DNA from: a virus
Lineage: Duplodnaviria; Caudoviricetes
DNA: 55,126 bases
Virus record (IMG/VR): IMGVR_UViG_3300048672_000495
Location: 1 to 55,126 of that record
Direction: 5' to 3' (one strand)
The notes beneath the pieces are model-generated. The model did not search any database. It was given only the letters and a program-made list of their open reading frames with translations, and was not told the origin of the DNA. This document shows, piece after piece, positions 44,926 to 55,126 of the stretch (the first letter of the stretch is position 1; the number at the start of each line of letters is the position of its first letter). The position numbers were made by a program, and so were the translations under genes.

Positions 44926-44954
44926 TTGATTAAAGTGTGGGTAAATGTTATAAT
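44926..44954 (+). promoter_or_regulatory. promoter
   Basis: TTGATT-17-TATAAT. Confidence 0.75.
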
Positions 44955-44981
44955 ACTATAGTTATTAAGATGGAGTAAAAT

Positions 44982-46544
44982 TTGGCATATTCGCAAGAAT
45001 GGCTAGAGGATACAACAGTAAGACGTTGTATCCTCATTAAAGCAACTATATACGATGTTATAAATACATCTGATATATCAATATACATGTCTACATCAGG
45101 ATTCATTACCAGCGATAGTTCGGTGATGTTTCTACCTATTGTTGCTGGTGGTTTATCATTTACAGAATCTATATCCTCAGAAGGTACTACAAGTGTATCT
45201 TATGGAGATATTGAAATTATTAATGCTAACGGTGAATATGATGATTGGTTAGATAATTCTAAATATGTTTGGTCTAATAGACCAGTAGAAATATATTATG
45301 GAGACCCTTCTTGGATAGTTACTGATTATACTCAAGTTACTACAGATTTCGAGTTAATATTTAATGGTATTATATCAGATATAGATTCTAAAGATAGAGA
45401 ATCTATAAATATTAAAGTACGAGATAAAATGGAGAGGTTAAATACTCCTATTACTGAAAGTAAATTAGGTACTTATGGTACGTGGGGTGGTGGTCAAACT
45501 AATCAAGATACTATTAAGCCAATAGTATTTGGAGAAGTACACAATATAGAACCCCTACTAATAGATCCATCTATACTAGAGTATATGATGAATGATGGAT
45601 TAACTGAGCAATTAGTAGAATTAAGAGATAATGGAGTACCTATTTATACAGTTGGTACTTTACCTGGTGGAGCTACTGTCAATCATACCACAGGAAAATT
45701 TACATTAACGTATCCCTTAGCTGGTACACTTACAGCCTCTTTACAAGGGGTTAAGAAATCAATAGATTTATCAACTGGATCGTTAGTTAGTGGAACCTAT
45801 GTAAATAGAATTGCTAATTTAATTGCACTTATTACTACACAGTATGGTAAAAGTTATACAGTTTTAGACTCTAATGATCTAGATTTAGATAACCTAGCTG
45901 CTTTTGATACAGCAAATACTCAGCCTGTTGGTATAATTATTAATGATAGAGATAACTTGCTAAGTGTATGTGAAGAAATAGCTAGTAGCATAGGCGCACA
46001 ATTATTCTTTACAAGAAAAGGTAAATTACAGTTATTAAGATATGGAATACCTACAACTGATACATCTGTAACTATTACAGATAATGAAATACTACATCAT
46101 AGTTTAAGTATAGTTAATAGAACTAATATTATAGCCGCTACAAAACTTGGTTATGCTAAGAACTGGACCGTACAAACTGGACTTATTACAGCTATTCCCC
46201 AACAACATAAAGACATGTTTGCGGAAGAATGGTTAACTATAACTATAACTGATAGTACTGTACAAACTCTACATAAATTAAATGTAGATCCAATACAAAA
46301 AGATACAATGTTGATTACACAATCAGCAGCTAGTACTGAAGCTACCAGACTAAATAATTTTTATAAATCTGTAAGAACTACTTATGGATTTATTGGTACG
46401 TCTAAACTATTATCATTAAAACTAGGTCAACCAGTATTATTAAAACATAATAGATTTGGTTTAGCTAGTGGGGTTTCTGGTCAGGTTGTATCCCTTTCAC
46501 CTAATTGGTCTAAGGGCCAAATAGGTGTGGAGGTATTAATCTAA
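44982..46544 (+). CDS. tail tip / baseplate hub protein
   Basis: follows TMP; KPIVFGEVHNIEP, RDNGVP, YAKNWTVQ. Confidence 0.7.
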   Translation: MAYSQEWLEDTTVRRCILIKATIYDVINTSDISIYMSTSGFITSDSSVMFLPIVAGGLSFTESISSEGTTSVSYGDIEIINANGEYDDWLDNSKYVWSNRPVEIYYGDPSWIVTDYTQVTTDFELIFNGIISDIDSKDRESINIKVRDKMERLNTPITESKLGTYGTWGGGQTNQDTIKPIVFGEVHNIEPLLIDPSILEYMMNDGLTEQLVELRDNGVPIYTVGTLPGGATVNHTTGKFTLTYPLAGTLTASLQGVKKSIDLSTGSLVSGTYVNRIANLIALITTQYGKSYTVLDSNDLDLDNLAAFDTANTQPVGIIINDRDNLLSVCEEIASSIGAQLFFTRKGKLQLLRYGIPTTDTSVTITDNEILHHSLSIVNRTNIIAATKLGYAKNWTVQTGLITAIPQQHKDMFAEEWLTITITDSTVQTLHKLNVDPIQKDTMLITQSAASTEATRLNNFYKSVRTTYGFIGTSKLLSLKLGQPVLLKHNRFGLASGVSGQVVSLSPNWSKGQIGVEVLI

Positions 46545-46545
46545 T

Positions 46546-48522
46546 ATGGCAACTATTGTACATGCTCGAGATTTATCTCTAGAAGCAGTATCTCCAAGAT
46601 TAGTACCAAATGATTCAGTACTTACACCGGCTGAAAAGCCTTCAGCAGTACAAAATTATAATGTTATACTTGCAGATCAACCTGGAATGAATACTCAAGC
46701 TGGATTATATCCGGCTAGTACTAGCGTTCAGACAGCGTTAGGCGTATATAATACAAATATAACTTTATTAACTAACTACTTAGCTACTATACCTGAATGG
46801 AATGTTATTCCTGGTACTTATGTTTCTATTGTAGGAGCAGATTATAGAGCTAAATGGCAGGCAGTTTATACTGCAAAACAAGATTTATTAAATGCTATTA
46901 ATTCTTATATAGGACCACAGACCGTACCTTCTGGTCCACCTTCACCACCTACTAGTTTAGTAGCCGCCTCGGAACCCTTTGGTATAAGAATAACTATAGT
47001 TCCACCTACTATAACTCAATTTATAGATCATTACGAATATAGAGTGGGAGCTTCCTGGGAAGTAGGAACAGTATTAGAAAAAGTTGGTGGTACTTCATAT
47101 TTATGGCAGATACAGAATATAGGAACCTATACTTTCTGGGTAAGATCAGTAGACATAGATGGTACATATTCTACTACTTCAGCAACTAATAGTATTACTA
47201 TAGCTGGTGGAAGTATTAGTGGATTAGCTACTGTTACTTATGGACAAGCTGTAAGTTTGTCATGGAATAGTGCTGCTGGAAGTTTTGCTATAGCAGGATA
47301 CGAAATAAGACATGGAAGTACATGGGATGGTGGAACAGTTGTAGATTTTAGGCAAGTTACTACTTATACTACCCCTGGAGCTTGGTTAGGTGATAGAACC
47401 TATTGGGTAGCAGTACTTGATGCAAAAAATAACTATGGCACTCCTTCTAGTATAGTATCTACCATTACTACACCAAGTTCAGTAACTGCTACAAGAGCAG
47501 ATACAGTAGATAATAATGTATTACTATATTGGACAGCCTCTAGTGTAGGGTTCAATCAGTTAAATATAGCATATTATGACGTACGTAAGGGTAGTACATA
47601 TGCAGGTGGTGTTTCTATAGGATCTAATGGAAATAGTACTTTTACTTCTTATTTTGAACAATCTGCAGGATCTTTTTTATATTGGGTAGCTCCATTTGAT
47701 TCTGCTGGTAATATGGGTACAGCTGTTAGTATTGCTGCTACGGTAAGTCAGCCACCAGATTATATATTTCAAAGTGCATATAATTCAGATCTATTAGGTG
47801 GTGATCCAGCTAGTATGACTGTTACACAAACATTAACTAATTTTTATTACGAAGGTGGACATTTAATTGGTCCTGTTGATGTTACAGATAGTTGGTCACA
47901 ACACTTTGTGGATAATAGTTGGACTACTCCAAATGCACAAGTTGTTGCAGGATATCCTATATATAATCAACCTCCGCTAACTACCGGAGCATACGAAGAA
48001 GTTCTAGACTATGGTGCAGATATACCTAGTACTGTTATAACCTTAACTACTAATTTAGAAACAATTACTGGTACTGTTACGACAGTACCAACCATATCAT
48101 GGAAGTTATTAGTTGGAGATTCTTGGACAGCACTTACTGCTGGTGTTGTAACTTCTATTATCCCATCATTTAGATATATTAAAATTCATTATGATTTTAC
48201 ATGTACTAGTGGGGCTAATTTAATACAGATTAATTCTATTAATGTAACCTTAGCAGTTAAGAGTAGACACGATAGTGGTACTGCTTCGGGTACTACAAAT
48301 TATGTACATAGTACAGGAGTACCAATAACATTTGCTTATGCATTTATTTCTGCTAATACTCCTATGGTACAGATACAAGGATCTACTCCTTATATACCTG
48401 TAGTAATATACACTGGTGGTGCATACCCTACCGGATTTACTGTAAAAATTTATCAAACCAATGGATCACCTTTAGCAGATAGTTCTTCTTATAGTTTTTC
48501 CTGGACAGTGCAAGGATATTAA
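46546..48522 (+). CDS. central tail fibre / host-specificity protein with FNIII-like repeats
   Basis: three repeats of YE(Y/I)R.G.SW..G...FWV..D..G. Confidence 0.7.
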   Translation: MATIVHARDLSLEAVSPRLVPNDSVLTPAEKPSAVQNYNVILADQPGMNTQAGLYPASTSVQTALGVYNTNITLLTNYLATIPEWNVIPGTYVSIVGADYRAKWQAVYTAKQDLLNAINSYIGPQTVPSGPPSPPTSLVAASEPFGIRITIVPPTITQFIDHYEYRVGASWEVGTVLEKVGGTSYLWQIQNIGTYTFWVRSVDIDGTYSTTSATNSITIAGGSISGLATVTYGQAVSLSWNSAAGSFAIAGYEIRHGSTWDGGTVVDFRQVTTYTTPGAWLGDRTYWVAVLDAKNNYGTPSSIVSTITTPSSVTATRADTVDNNVLLYWTASSVGFNQLNIAYYDVRKGSTYAGGVSIGSNGNSTFTSYFEQSAGSFLYWVAPFDSAGNMGTAVSIAATVSQPPDYIFQSAYNSDLLGGDPASMTVTQTLTNFYYEGGHLIGPVDVTDSWSQHFVDNSWTTPNAQVVAGYPIYNQPPLTTGAYEEVLDYGADIPSTVITLTTNLETITGTVTTVPTISWKLLVGDSWTALTAGVVTSIIPSFRYIKIHYDFTCTSGANLIQINSINVTLAVKSRHDSGTASGTTNYVHSTGVPITFAYAFISANTPMVQIQGSTPYIPVVIYTGGAYPTGFTVKIYQTNGSPLADSSSYSFSWTVQGY

Positions 48523-48525
48523 TAT

Positions 48526-49509
48526 ATGGCAATTAATTTCGCACAACCAAGCACTACAAGGAATTATAGTACAGAATTTACTCAAGATATACAAAATAAT
48601 ATAATAGCAATAGCACAGTGGTTAGATAGTACACAAACTACTATTACTGGTACGGTTCCTACTTATGCAAAAAGAATAAACAGAACTACTAATTTAATTG
48701 AAGAATATAATGGATCTTCGTGGGCCACATATCCATTAGGTTATGTAGCTAAAACTGGTGATACTATGTCTGGAGCACTTACTATAAGTGCAACAGCAAC
48801 ATTAGGTTTAGTAGTTTCTAGAGCCAGTGGTAATACTTCTGGAATTCAAATAGCTCAAACTAGTGTTGTTAGCTGGAATATTCAAAATATAGCTACAACA
48901 GGTGATTTATCATTCAATGTGGGGGCATCTGATCTAGTTAAACTAAGTGTTAATGGAAATTTAACTATTAATGCTCCTAGTAGTGGCTCACATACTTTTA
49001 ATGGTACTATTAACTTTGGTACTAGGCCTGTATTTAATGGTAATACTCCTTTTGATACTGCTAATTGGACAACTTATGTAGATCACTTTATGGGTCTAGG
49101 TGCTGGTAGTACTTACATTAAAACTGGTAGAAATATTTGGTATACTGGAGCTTATTCTTATTCATCACTTTCAGACGCTAATGCACCAACAACATATGGT
49201 GCTACAATAGGATTTGGACAAGGAACTTCTGGTTCTGGGGAAGTATTTGTTGGATGGATATCTGCAGGTGCTGGAATGTGGTATAGAGGTTTAAGAGATA
49301 CTACTGATAACTGGTGGTCTTGGACTAGGTTATTAGATACTGCTAATTATACTTCTACTATAACAACATTGACCTCATTAAGCTCAGTTACTTGCTCTGC
49401 TCCTTTAAAAGGTAATAGTGGTAGTAAAGGTTGGGGAGCTATTACAACTACAACTACTACAGGTACCCCAACTGGTGGAGCTTCTGGTGATTTTTACTTT
49501 GTATATTAA
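48526..49509 (+). CDS. tail fibre protein 1
   Basis: GDTMSGAL fibre motif, WSWTRLL, G/T-rich. Confidence 0.75.
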   Translation: MAINFAQPSTTRNYSTEFTQDIQNNIIAIAQWLDSTQTTITGTVPTYAKRINRTTNLIEEYNGSSWATYPLGYVAKTGDTMSGALTISATATLGLVVSRASGNTSGIQIAQTSVVSWNIQNIATTGDLSFNVGASDLVKLSVNGNLTINAPSSGSHTFNGTINFGTRPVFNGNTPFDTANWTTYVDHFMGLGAGSTYIKTGRNIWYTGAYSYSSLSDANAPTTYGATIGFGQGTSGSGEVFVGWISAGAGMWYRGLRDTTDNWWSWTRLLDTANYTSTITTLTSLSSVTCSAPLKGNSGSKGWGAITTTTTTGTPTGGASGDFYFVY

Positions 49510-49511
49510 TT

Positions 49512-50006
49512 ATGGGTACTGAACTATATTATAACGATGCTGCTACATGGAGAAAAGCTAAAGAATTCTACTATAATGATGGTGGAACATGGAGAAAAGC
49601 AAAAGAATGTTGGTATAATGATGGTGGTACATGGAGAAAAGTATTTTCTGGTACACCTGCCGGTTCTGAATTTACACTAACTGGTGCTACTAGTGGTGCA
49701 CTTACAGGATATATTAGAAGTGCATTTGGTAGTTTATCTCCAACAACTTATGGATCAATAAACGTTGAAACTATTGTGCAAGTTACTACTATGCTACAAT
49801 TTCAGATGCAAACATACACAGATTTAGGTGCATCTTGGTTTACTGCTCTATACCTTGATGGTGTTGAATATCTTACATCCGCAGCTACATATATACCTGG
49901 TGATTCTCCTGATGATACAGTATATAGTACGTGGCAATGGACCGGATTAGGTTCTCTAGGTATTGGAAGTGGAACACATCCTGTAGTTCTCTCACCAGCC
50001 AAGTAA
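49512..50006 (+). CDS. fibre-associated adhesin-like protein
   Basis: 3x YND..TWRK repeat at N-terminus. Confidence 0.55.
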   Translation: MGTELYYNDAATWRKAKEFYYNDGGTWRKAKECWYNDGGTWRKVFSGTPAGSEFTLTGATSGALTGYIRSAFGSLSPTTYGSINVETIVQVTTMLQFQMQTYTDLGASWFTALYLDGVEYLTSAATYIPGDSPDDTVYSTWQWTGLGSLGIGSGTHPVVLSPAK

Positions 50007-50017
50007 TAAGGAAATAT

Positions 50018-50332
50018 ATGGAAAACTTTTTATACTTTGTATCACTAATCTGTATGTTGCTACTTATTATTGATTTTCGTCAAACTACTAAAATAGCAAA
50101 AAATCCAGATCGTTGGGGTGAGATGAATCCTATTTTAGGTAAACATCCTTCTGTAAAAAAGGTTTTAATATACTTTATCATAGTAATGATTATTACTATC
50201 TTATTACCATATATAATTGGAAATATACTATTAGGAACTTGGAAAGATTTAGCAACTATAATTTTTGTAGTTTCTACTATGTTCGAAGGTTTTGTAGTTT
50301 GGAGAAATACTAAGTTTGGTTTAGGAATATAA
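50018..50332 (+). CDS. membrane protein
   Basis: ATG 50018 with AAGGA RBS; D..TT..EMNP motif, 3 TM. Confidence 0.6.
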   Translation: MENFLYFVSLICMLLLIIDFRQTTKIAKNPDRWGEMNPILGKHPSVKKVLIYFIIVMIITILLPYIIGNILLGTWKDLATIIFVVSTMFEGFVVWRNTKFGLGI

Positions 50333-50333
50333 T

Positions 50334-52271
50334 ATGGCAATTAATTTCGCAAACCCTACTACAACTCGTAACTATAGTACGGAGTTTACACAAGATATTA
50401 AAGATAATATTATAGCACTATCACAGTTATTGGATAGTGCTAATACTACTATTACCGGTACTCCACCTACGTATTCTAAAAGAATAAATCGCTCTAGTGG
50501 TCTATTTGAAGAATATAATAGTACTGCCTGGGTATCCTTCACCATGGGATATTTAAAAGTAGCCGGTGATACTATGACTGGAGTATTAACTAATACTGCC
50601 GCATCTACTACTGGAATAACTTTAACTAGAGCTAGTGGTAATACAGTAGGTTTACAAATTGGTCAGACCGGTGTAATTAGTTGGAATATTCAAAATCAAG
50701 CTACTACTGGAGTACTATCATTTAATACCGGTGGCTCCGATATATTTAAAATTACTACTGCTGGAGCTGCTACATTTAATGGTACTACAGCCGGTATATC
50801 TTTATTAACTAATGGATTAGCTGAAATATTCCAACTCAAAGGTGGAGTAAGAGGTACAGGTAATCTTTACGCTACATTTAATGATGCTACTGGAAGAAAA
50901 GCATATTATGGTTTTGGCGGCGGAGATGATACATTCTATTTTTCTAATGAATTAAATGCTGGAATGATGTGGTATACAAACGCCACCCAGAGAATGATAT
51001 TAGGAGCCGCCGGTAATTTTACACTTAATTCTCCAGCTAGTGGTATAACAGAATTAATTAAATCTTCTTTTGAAGCTAATTCTGTAGTTACTGCTTGGTG
51101 GAATGGTAATACTGCTGCTAATCAGGCCGGATTACGTTTTAATGGAGCAATTACTAGATTTGGTTCTGAAAGATCAGATGGAAGTCTACAACTTACTTAT
51201 GGCTCCTCAGTCACAGGTATTAATATTAGTAATTCTGGAGCTGTTTCAGTAGCAAATACTTTATTAATTCCTGATGGTAACGTCTTAGCATGGGGCGATG
51301 CTTCAACATATATTACTGGTAGTGGTGCTACAGATATATTTAGTATATATACTGCAGCTACTCAGAGGTATACTATATCTGCTACTGGTAATCATTCGTT
51401 ACTACCTGCAAGCACTGGTACTACTTTTACTATTACTAGTTCTGGTAGTGCATATGCATTAATTATACAAAACGCTGCCAGTCAGGGTGCACTATTATTA
51501 AATGGTACCAATGCTGGTGGTATATATACTGAATGGCAAAGTTCTGGTACATCTAGAGGTTTTATTGGATGTGGTAGTTCGCTATTAACAGTAGGTGGCT
51601 TATCTGACTTTATTATAAGAGCTGAAACATCTCTTAGATTTGCTACTGGTGGTAATGTACTTGTTGGAACAATAAATTCTACCGGTAATTGGAATATCCC
51701 TCAACCGTCTGGTGGTTCAGTAGCAACATTAGAAATAACTGCTCCTACAACTAGTCATGGTATAAAAATTAATTCTACAGATAACTATTATGCCATAAAT
51801 GTAACTGGTGGTGGTACTATAAATGTAGGATTATACACCTATAATGCTGGTAGTAGTGCATACTTTGGCACAATTTCAGGACATGATTTTAAAATATTAT
51901 CTAATGCTACAACTAGGATTAATTTAGGTAGTGCTGGATTAATTACTATGTATGGTGGTGCTTATACAGATAGAGGTAGTGTAACATGGGCTAGTGGTGG
52001 TTCTACAATTGATTGTAGGTTGAGTAATTATTTTTATTCATCATCTAATGCTAATATGACCACTGCTCCTACTTTATCTAATCCTGGTCAAGGTCAGACT
52101 ATAAACTGGGAAATTCTTTCTGGTGGAGCATATACAATTGTTTGGCCAACATCATTTAAATGGCCTGGTGGAACGGTACCAACACTTAGTACTACAGCTG
52201 GTAAATATGACCTATTAGTAGCTACATGGAATGGTAGTTATTGGTTAGCATCATTATTAAAAGGATTCTAA
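50334..52271 (+). CDS. tail fibre protein 2 (N-terminus paralogous to fibre 1)
   Basis: MAINFA.P.TTRNYSTEFTQDI shared; repeated (T)R..I...G fibre repeats. Confidence 0.8.
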   Translation: MAINFANPTTTRNYSTEFTQDIKDNIIALSQLLDSANTTITGTPPTYSKRINRSSGLFEEYNSTAWVSFTMGYLKVAGDTMTGVLTNTAASTTGITLTRASGNTVGLQIGQTGVISWNIQNQATTGVLSFNTGGSDIFKITTAGAATFNGTTAGISLLTNGLAEIFQLKGGVRGTGNLYATFNDATGRKAYYGFGGGDDTFYFSNELNAGMMWYTNATQRMILGAAGNFTLNSPASGITELIKSSFEANSVVTAWWNGNTAANQAGLRFNGAITRFGSERSDGSLQLTYGSSVTGINISNSGAVSVANTLLIPDGNVLAWGDASTYITGSGATDIFSIYTAATQRYTISATGNHSLLPASTGTTFTITSSGSAYALIIQNAASQGALLLNGTNAGGIYTEWQSSGTSRGFIGCGSSLLTVGGLSDFIIRAETSLRFATGGNVLVGTINSTGNWNIPQPSGGSVATLEITAPTTSHGIKINSTDNYYAINVTGGGTINVGLYTYNAGSSAYFGTISGHDFKILSNATTRINLGSAGLITMYGGAYTDRGSVTWASGGSTIDCRLSNYFYSSSNANMTTAPTLSNPGQGQTINWEILSGGAYTIVWPTSFKWPGGTVPTLSTTAGKYDLLVATWNGSYWLASLLKGF

Positions 52272-52272
52272 C

Positions 52273-52686
52273 ATGAGTTTTGCATGTAGAGTTAATTATG
52301 ATTATAATCCATTTACTGCTCGAGTCTCAGGAAACTATCGTCACGATATGGTTACCACTTCTCCAGCGCCAGGTATTCGTTTTTATGCCGATGGCACTGT
52401 TGACAATACTCAATCAACTCCGCTTACAAATTGGGGATCACCTACTACATCCGCGGTCGGTGCATTGTATTGGGTGCGACTTATAAAGACAGCTGGGGCT
52501 GGGGTTGTAGCCGGTGGACCATACAGCACCTGGTTACAATTGAATACCACTCAATCATTCAGAATGAACTCGGCTACAGCTGGTCAATTTAGAGAGATTA
52601 GTGGTACTTGGGAAATATCTACTGATTCTGGCGGATCGACTATCGTCGGATCAGGAACATTCAATTTGTCTTCGGACTTAACATAA
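52273..52686 (+). CDS. fibre-associated protein
   Basis: 137 aa, G/T-rich, follows fibre 2. Confidence 0.55.
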   Translation: MSFACRVNYDYNPFTARVSGNYRHDMVTTSPAPGIRFYADGTVDNTQSTPLTNWGSPTTSAVGALYWVRLIKTAGAGVVAGGPYSTWLQLNTTQSFRMNSATAGQFREISGTWEISTDSGGSTIVGSGTFNLSSDLT

Positions 52687-52700
52687 CTTAATGGAATTTT

Positions 52701-52889
52701 ATGAAAAAAGAACAATTAAAATCATATGATATTCCCGCAGATTTACTGCAGGCCATAGCAGACAACCTCAACGGCCAGCCCGCTGGCCAGGTTCGTCATC
52801 TGCTAAATACTATTGAATTCCTTGTTAATAAACAACAAGAAGAATTTGATGCAAAGGTAACTGATGAGCCTAATAAGAACCAGAAATAG
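52701..52889 (+). CDS. small helical protein (fibre chaperone-like)
   Basis: 62 aa, LNGQPAGQVRHLL. Confidence 0.5.
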   Translation: MKKEQLKSYDIPADLLQAIADNLNGQPAGQVRHLLNTIEFLVNKQQEEFDAKVTDEPNKNQK

Positions 52890-53454
52890 GGGTAGTAATG
52901 AGGTAATCTGGGTAGAGAGTAATGACTCTACCCAGGTGCATGCTGTTGATAATCAAGGTAACTATTTAGGTTTGATGCCTAAAGAATCTTCCCTCCAAGT
53001 ACCAGATGCACCACCAGATAATACAAATTGGATATGGAATTCAACTCTTAATAGATGGTCCTATACACCACCATTAGCTACAGCAATATTAGAGGCTATT
53101 AGTGCTGTTAATGCATGTTCTGGATCAGCAAGAGTAAAATATATGACTGTTCTACCAGGACAAGAGACTACCTATAATACTAAACGTCAACAAGCAGATA
53201 GATATATTACTAACTATGCTAATAACGTTAATGCACCAGTACCACCATATATACAGGCAGAAGCATTAGTTACAGGAACTACAGCAATAATAGCAGCTAA
53301 TAGTATTGCTGATGCTGCAAATATACTAGATGATATACTAGTAAGTATAGAGCGTGAACGTAGACGTGGTAAAATAAGAATTACTGCTTCTACTAATATT
53401 ACGGAAGTTAATAATAGAAAAGCAGCTGCTATAGATGCATTAAATGCTATTTAA
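52864..53454 (+). CDS. tail fibre assembly-like protein
   Basis: PDAPP..W.WN....W; PGQETTY..K..A. Confidence 0.6.
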   Translation: MSLIRTRNRGSNEVIWVESNDSTQVHAVDNQGNYLGLMPKESSLQVPDAPPDNTNWIWNSTLNRWSYTPPLATAILEAISAVNACSGSARVKYMTVLPGQETTYNTKRQQADRYITNYANNVNAPVPPYIQAEALVTGTTAIIAANSIADAANILDDILVSIERERRRGKIRITASTNITEVNNRKAAAIDALNAI

Positions 53455-53466
53455 TAGAGGATTGTA

Positions 53467-54375
53467 ATGGCTAATCTGCGAGTAATTCATAACAACTTAG
53501 TGGACTTAACCACTACTACGCTTACTGGGTCTAGTACGGCTAGTGCATCTACGTTAGTAACTAATCTTAAATTAGATGCTAAATCTGTTATTTGGAGGTC
53601 TGATATTTCCTCAACGGAAAATATTAAAGCTGATATATTAGTAGAATTTACTTCCACTGTTATAGTAGGTGGAATAGTATTAGCATTTACAAACTTATCT
53701 GCTCAGAGTACAATAAGAGTAAGAGGATATACTGGAACTAATCCGACACTAGCTGGAACTATAGATATTCCAGTAGTTAATACTACTGGTAGTACTACTG
53801 TATTTGATACGGGATATGTAGCAGCTAATCCTCCTCAAGAACTTGGTTATTGGAATTTTGGTATAGATGAGTTAGGCCCTACTTCTCAAGAGAACCGCAG
53901 AGGATATGGTAGAGTATGGATACCTATTGATATACAATTACCGTGTAGTAGCATTAGCATTGAGATTATGGATCCATATAATTTAGATAAGTATGTTGAA
54001 GTATCTAGGTTAATAGTTGGTAGTTATTGGTCGCCAACCTATAATACATCATTTGGTTTAAGTACTAAACTTAATGATATGAGTAGTAGTAATCGCGCAG
54101 AATCGGGTGATCTTATAACTTCTAATGGAGCAACCTATTCTACACTAACTTTTGATTTAAGATATATGAATCAAAAAGATAGAATAGCTTTTAATAATAT
54201 TGTTAGGTCACGAGGAACTAAAAAACCTTTATTTGTAAGTATATTTCCTGATAATACAGGTGATTCTGGAAAAGAACAAATATACCAAATATATGGAAAG
54301 TTATCTCAGTTATTTGGTATTGAGCATCCAATATTTGAATCTTATAGCTCTCAAATGGAAATAGAGGAAATTTAA
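53467..54375 (+). CDS. distal-tail-like structural protein
   Basis: 302 aa; YVEVSRLIVGSYWSP.YN..G, ends EIEEI. Confidence 0.55.
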   Translation: MANLRVIHNNLVDLTTTTLTGSSTASASTLVTNLKLDAKSVIWRSDISSTENIKADILVEFTSTVIVGGIVLAFTNLSAQSTIRVRGYTGTNPTLAGTIDIPVVNTTGSTTVFDTGYVAANPPQELGYWNFGIDELGPTSQENRRGYGRVWIPIDIQLPCSSISIEIMDPYNLDKYVEVSRLIVGSYWSPTYNTSFGLSTKLNDMSSSNRAESGDLITSNGATYSTLTFDLRYMNQKDRIAFNNIVRSRGTKKPLFVSIFPDNTGDSGKEQIYQIYGKLSQLFGIEHPIFESYSSQMEIEEI

Positions 54376-54376
54376 T

Positions 54377-54781
54377 ATGACTAGAATTTTTAGAGCAGGT
54401 CAGGTTGATTATATTGATAAGATGAATGTAATTGGATCTGAATATGCTAATACTGATGTATCTGCCGTGATTGCTGGTACCACTTATTTAGATTGTTCCT
54501 TAAGTGCTAATTTTTATGTTAATATGGGCGCTGGAAATACTACTATAGCATTTACCAATATTCCTACTGGAACTGATAATACCGGTTATAGAATAGTTGT
54601 GTATATAGTACAAGATGGTACGGGTAGCAGGACAGTTTCATGGCCTGGTACTATAGTATGGCCAGCAGGTACAGCACCTACTCTTACTACTACAGCTAAT
54701 AAAATAGATATATTTGAATTTAGAACACTTAATAGTGGCTCAAAATTTTTTGGTGCTACAGTAGCATTAAACTACGCTTAA
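54377..54781 (+). CDS. tail-associated protein (C-terminal domain shared with fibre 2)
   Basis: QDGTGSRTVSWP..WPAGTAPTLTTTANKID vs WPGGTVPTLSTTAGKYD. Confidence 0.6.
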   Translation: MTRIFRAGQVDYIDKMNVIGSEYANTDVSAVIAGTTYLDCSLSANFYVNMGAGNTTIAFTNIPTGTDNTGYRIVVYIVQDGTGSRTVSWPGTIVWPAGTAPTLTTTANKIDIFEFRTLNSGSKFFGATVALNYA

Positions 54782-54794
54782 ACTAATTTTGGTC

Positions 54795-54823
54795 TTGAAA
54801 TTTTAGTATCATCGTGATATAAT
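54795..54823 (+). promoter_or_regulatory. promoter
   Basis: TTGAAA-17-TATAAT. Confidence 0.75.
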
Positions 54824-54871
54824 TATGACTGATGATACTTAAGTATCGAAAACTTTATTTTAGGAATATTT

Positions 54872-55126
54872 ATGAAACGAATCTTTGCAATAGGACTAGC
54901 CAGTATTCCTATAATTGCTATAGCAGCCGGAGCCGGAGCAGAAGTTGTATCTAATGATGCACCTTCACTAGTACAATGGTTAATTAATGCCTTATTTACT
55001 ATTAGTGGTACATTTGGTGGATATATTATCTCCCAAATGCAGCGTAATTTAAGAGATTTACAATTAGCAGACACTGTATTAGCAGAAAAAGTACATATTA
55101 TAGATGTACTAGTTGCAGGACAATAT
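54872..55126 (+). CDS. membrane protein, possible holin/lysis-region gene (partial)
   Basis: AGGA RBS; MKRIFAIGLASIPIIAIAAG..WLINALFTISGTFGGYII..; runs off right edge. Confidence 0.5.
   Translation, partial: MKRIFAIGLASIPIIAIAAGAGAEVVSNDAPSLVQWLINALFTISGTFGGYIISQMQRNLRDLQLADTVLAEKVHIIDVLVAGQY

Noticed and set aside
48526-52271. Diversity-generating retroelement or invertible fibre shufflon
   Set aside because: The shared sequence is at the N-termini, not an A-specific TR/VR pair; no RT or invertase in the window
1-55126. Stop-codon recoding / suppressor tRNA
   Set aside because: Long genes are intact in the standard code with TAA, TAG and TGA all used as stops; no CUA/UCA anticodon tRNA seen

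Overview
This is a 55-kb segment of a lytic T5-like (Demerecviridae-related) siphophage. The host is probably a betaproteobacterium, which is an inference from lipoprotein style and host-derived genes. The layout has four parts. (1) 1-15.4 kb is an AT-rich early/accessory region with 7 minus-strand tRNAs, many small ORFs and dense non-coding structured RNA arrays. (2) 15.4-16.9 kb is a promoter > tRNA-Glu > hammerhead ribozyme > ~0.9-kb structured non-coding RNA > terminator unit. (3) ~16.9-24.2 kb is a GC-richer pre-early/terminal-repeat-like region with dmp-like, A2-like, DEDDh and three HEXXH genes, built from repeated promoter/operator cassettes. (4) 24.3-55.1 kb is a plus-strand packaging/head/tail operon with TerS, TerL, HNH, portal, a fused protease-capsid, tail tube, a frameshifted chaperone, a 2309-aa tape measure and fibres; two TPR-glycosyltransferases and an FkbM methyltransferase are embedded in the terminase locus. 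The most novel-looking signals are the tandem stem-closed small RNAs with a repeated GUAA two-hairpin motif, the tRNA-hammerhead-large ncRNA unit, two atypical tRNAs, phage-borne pieces resembling a porin-cytochrome electron-transfer cluster, and two fixed-spacing operator classes in the pre-early region. All assignments come from reading the sequence by eye; no database searches were run.
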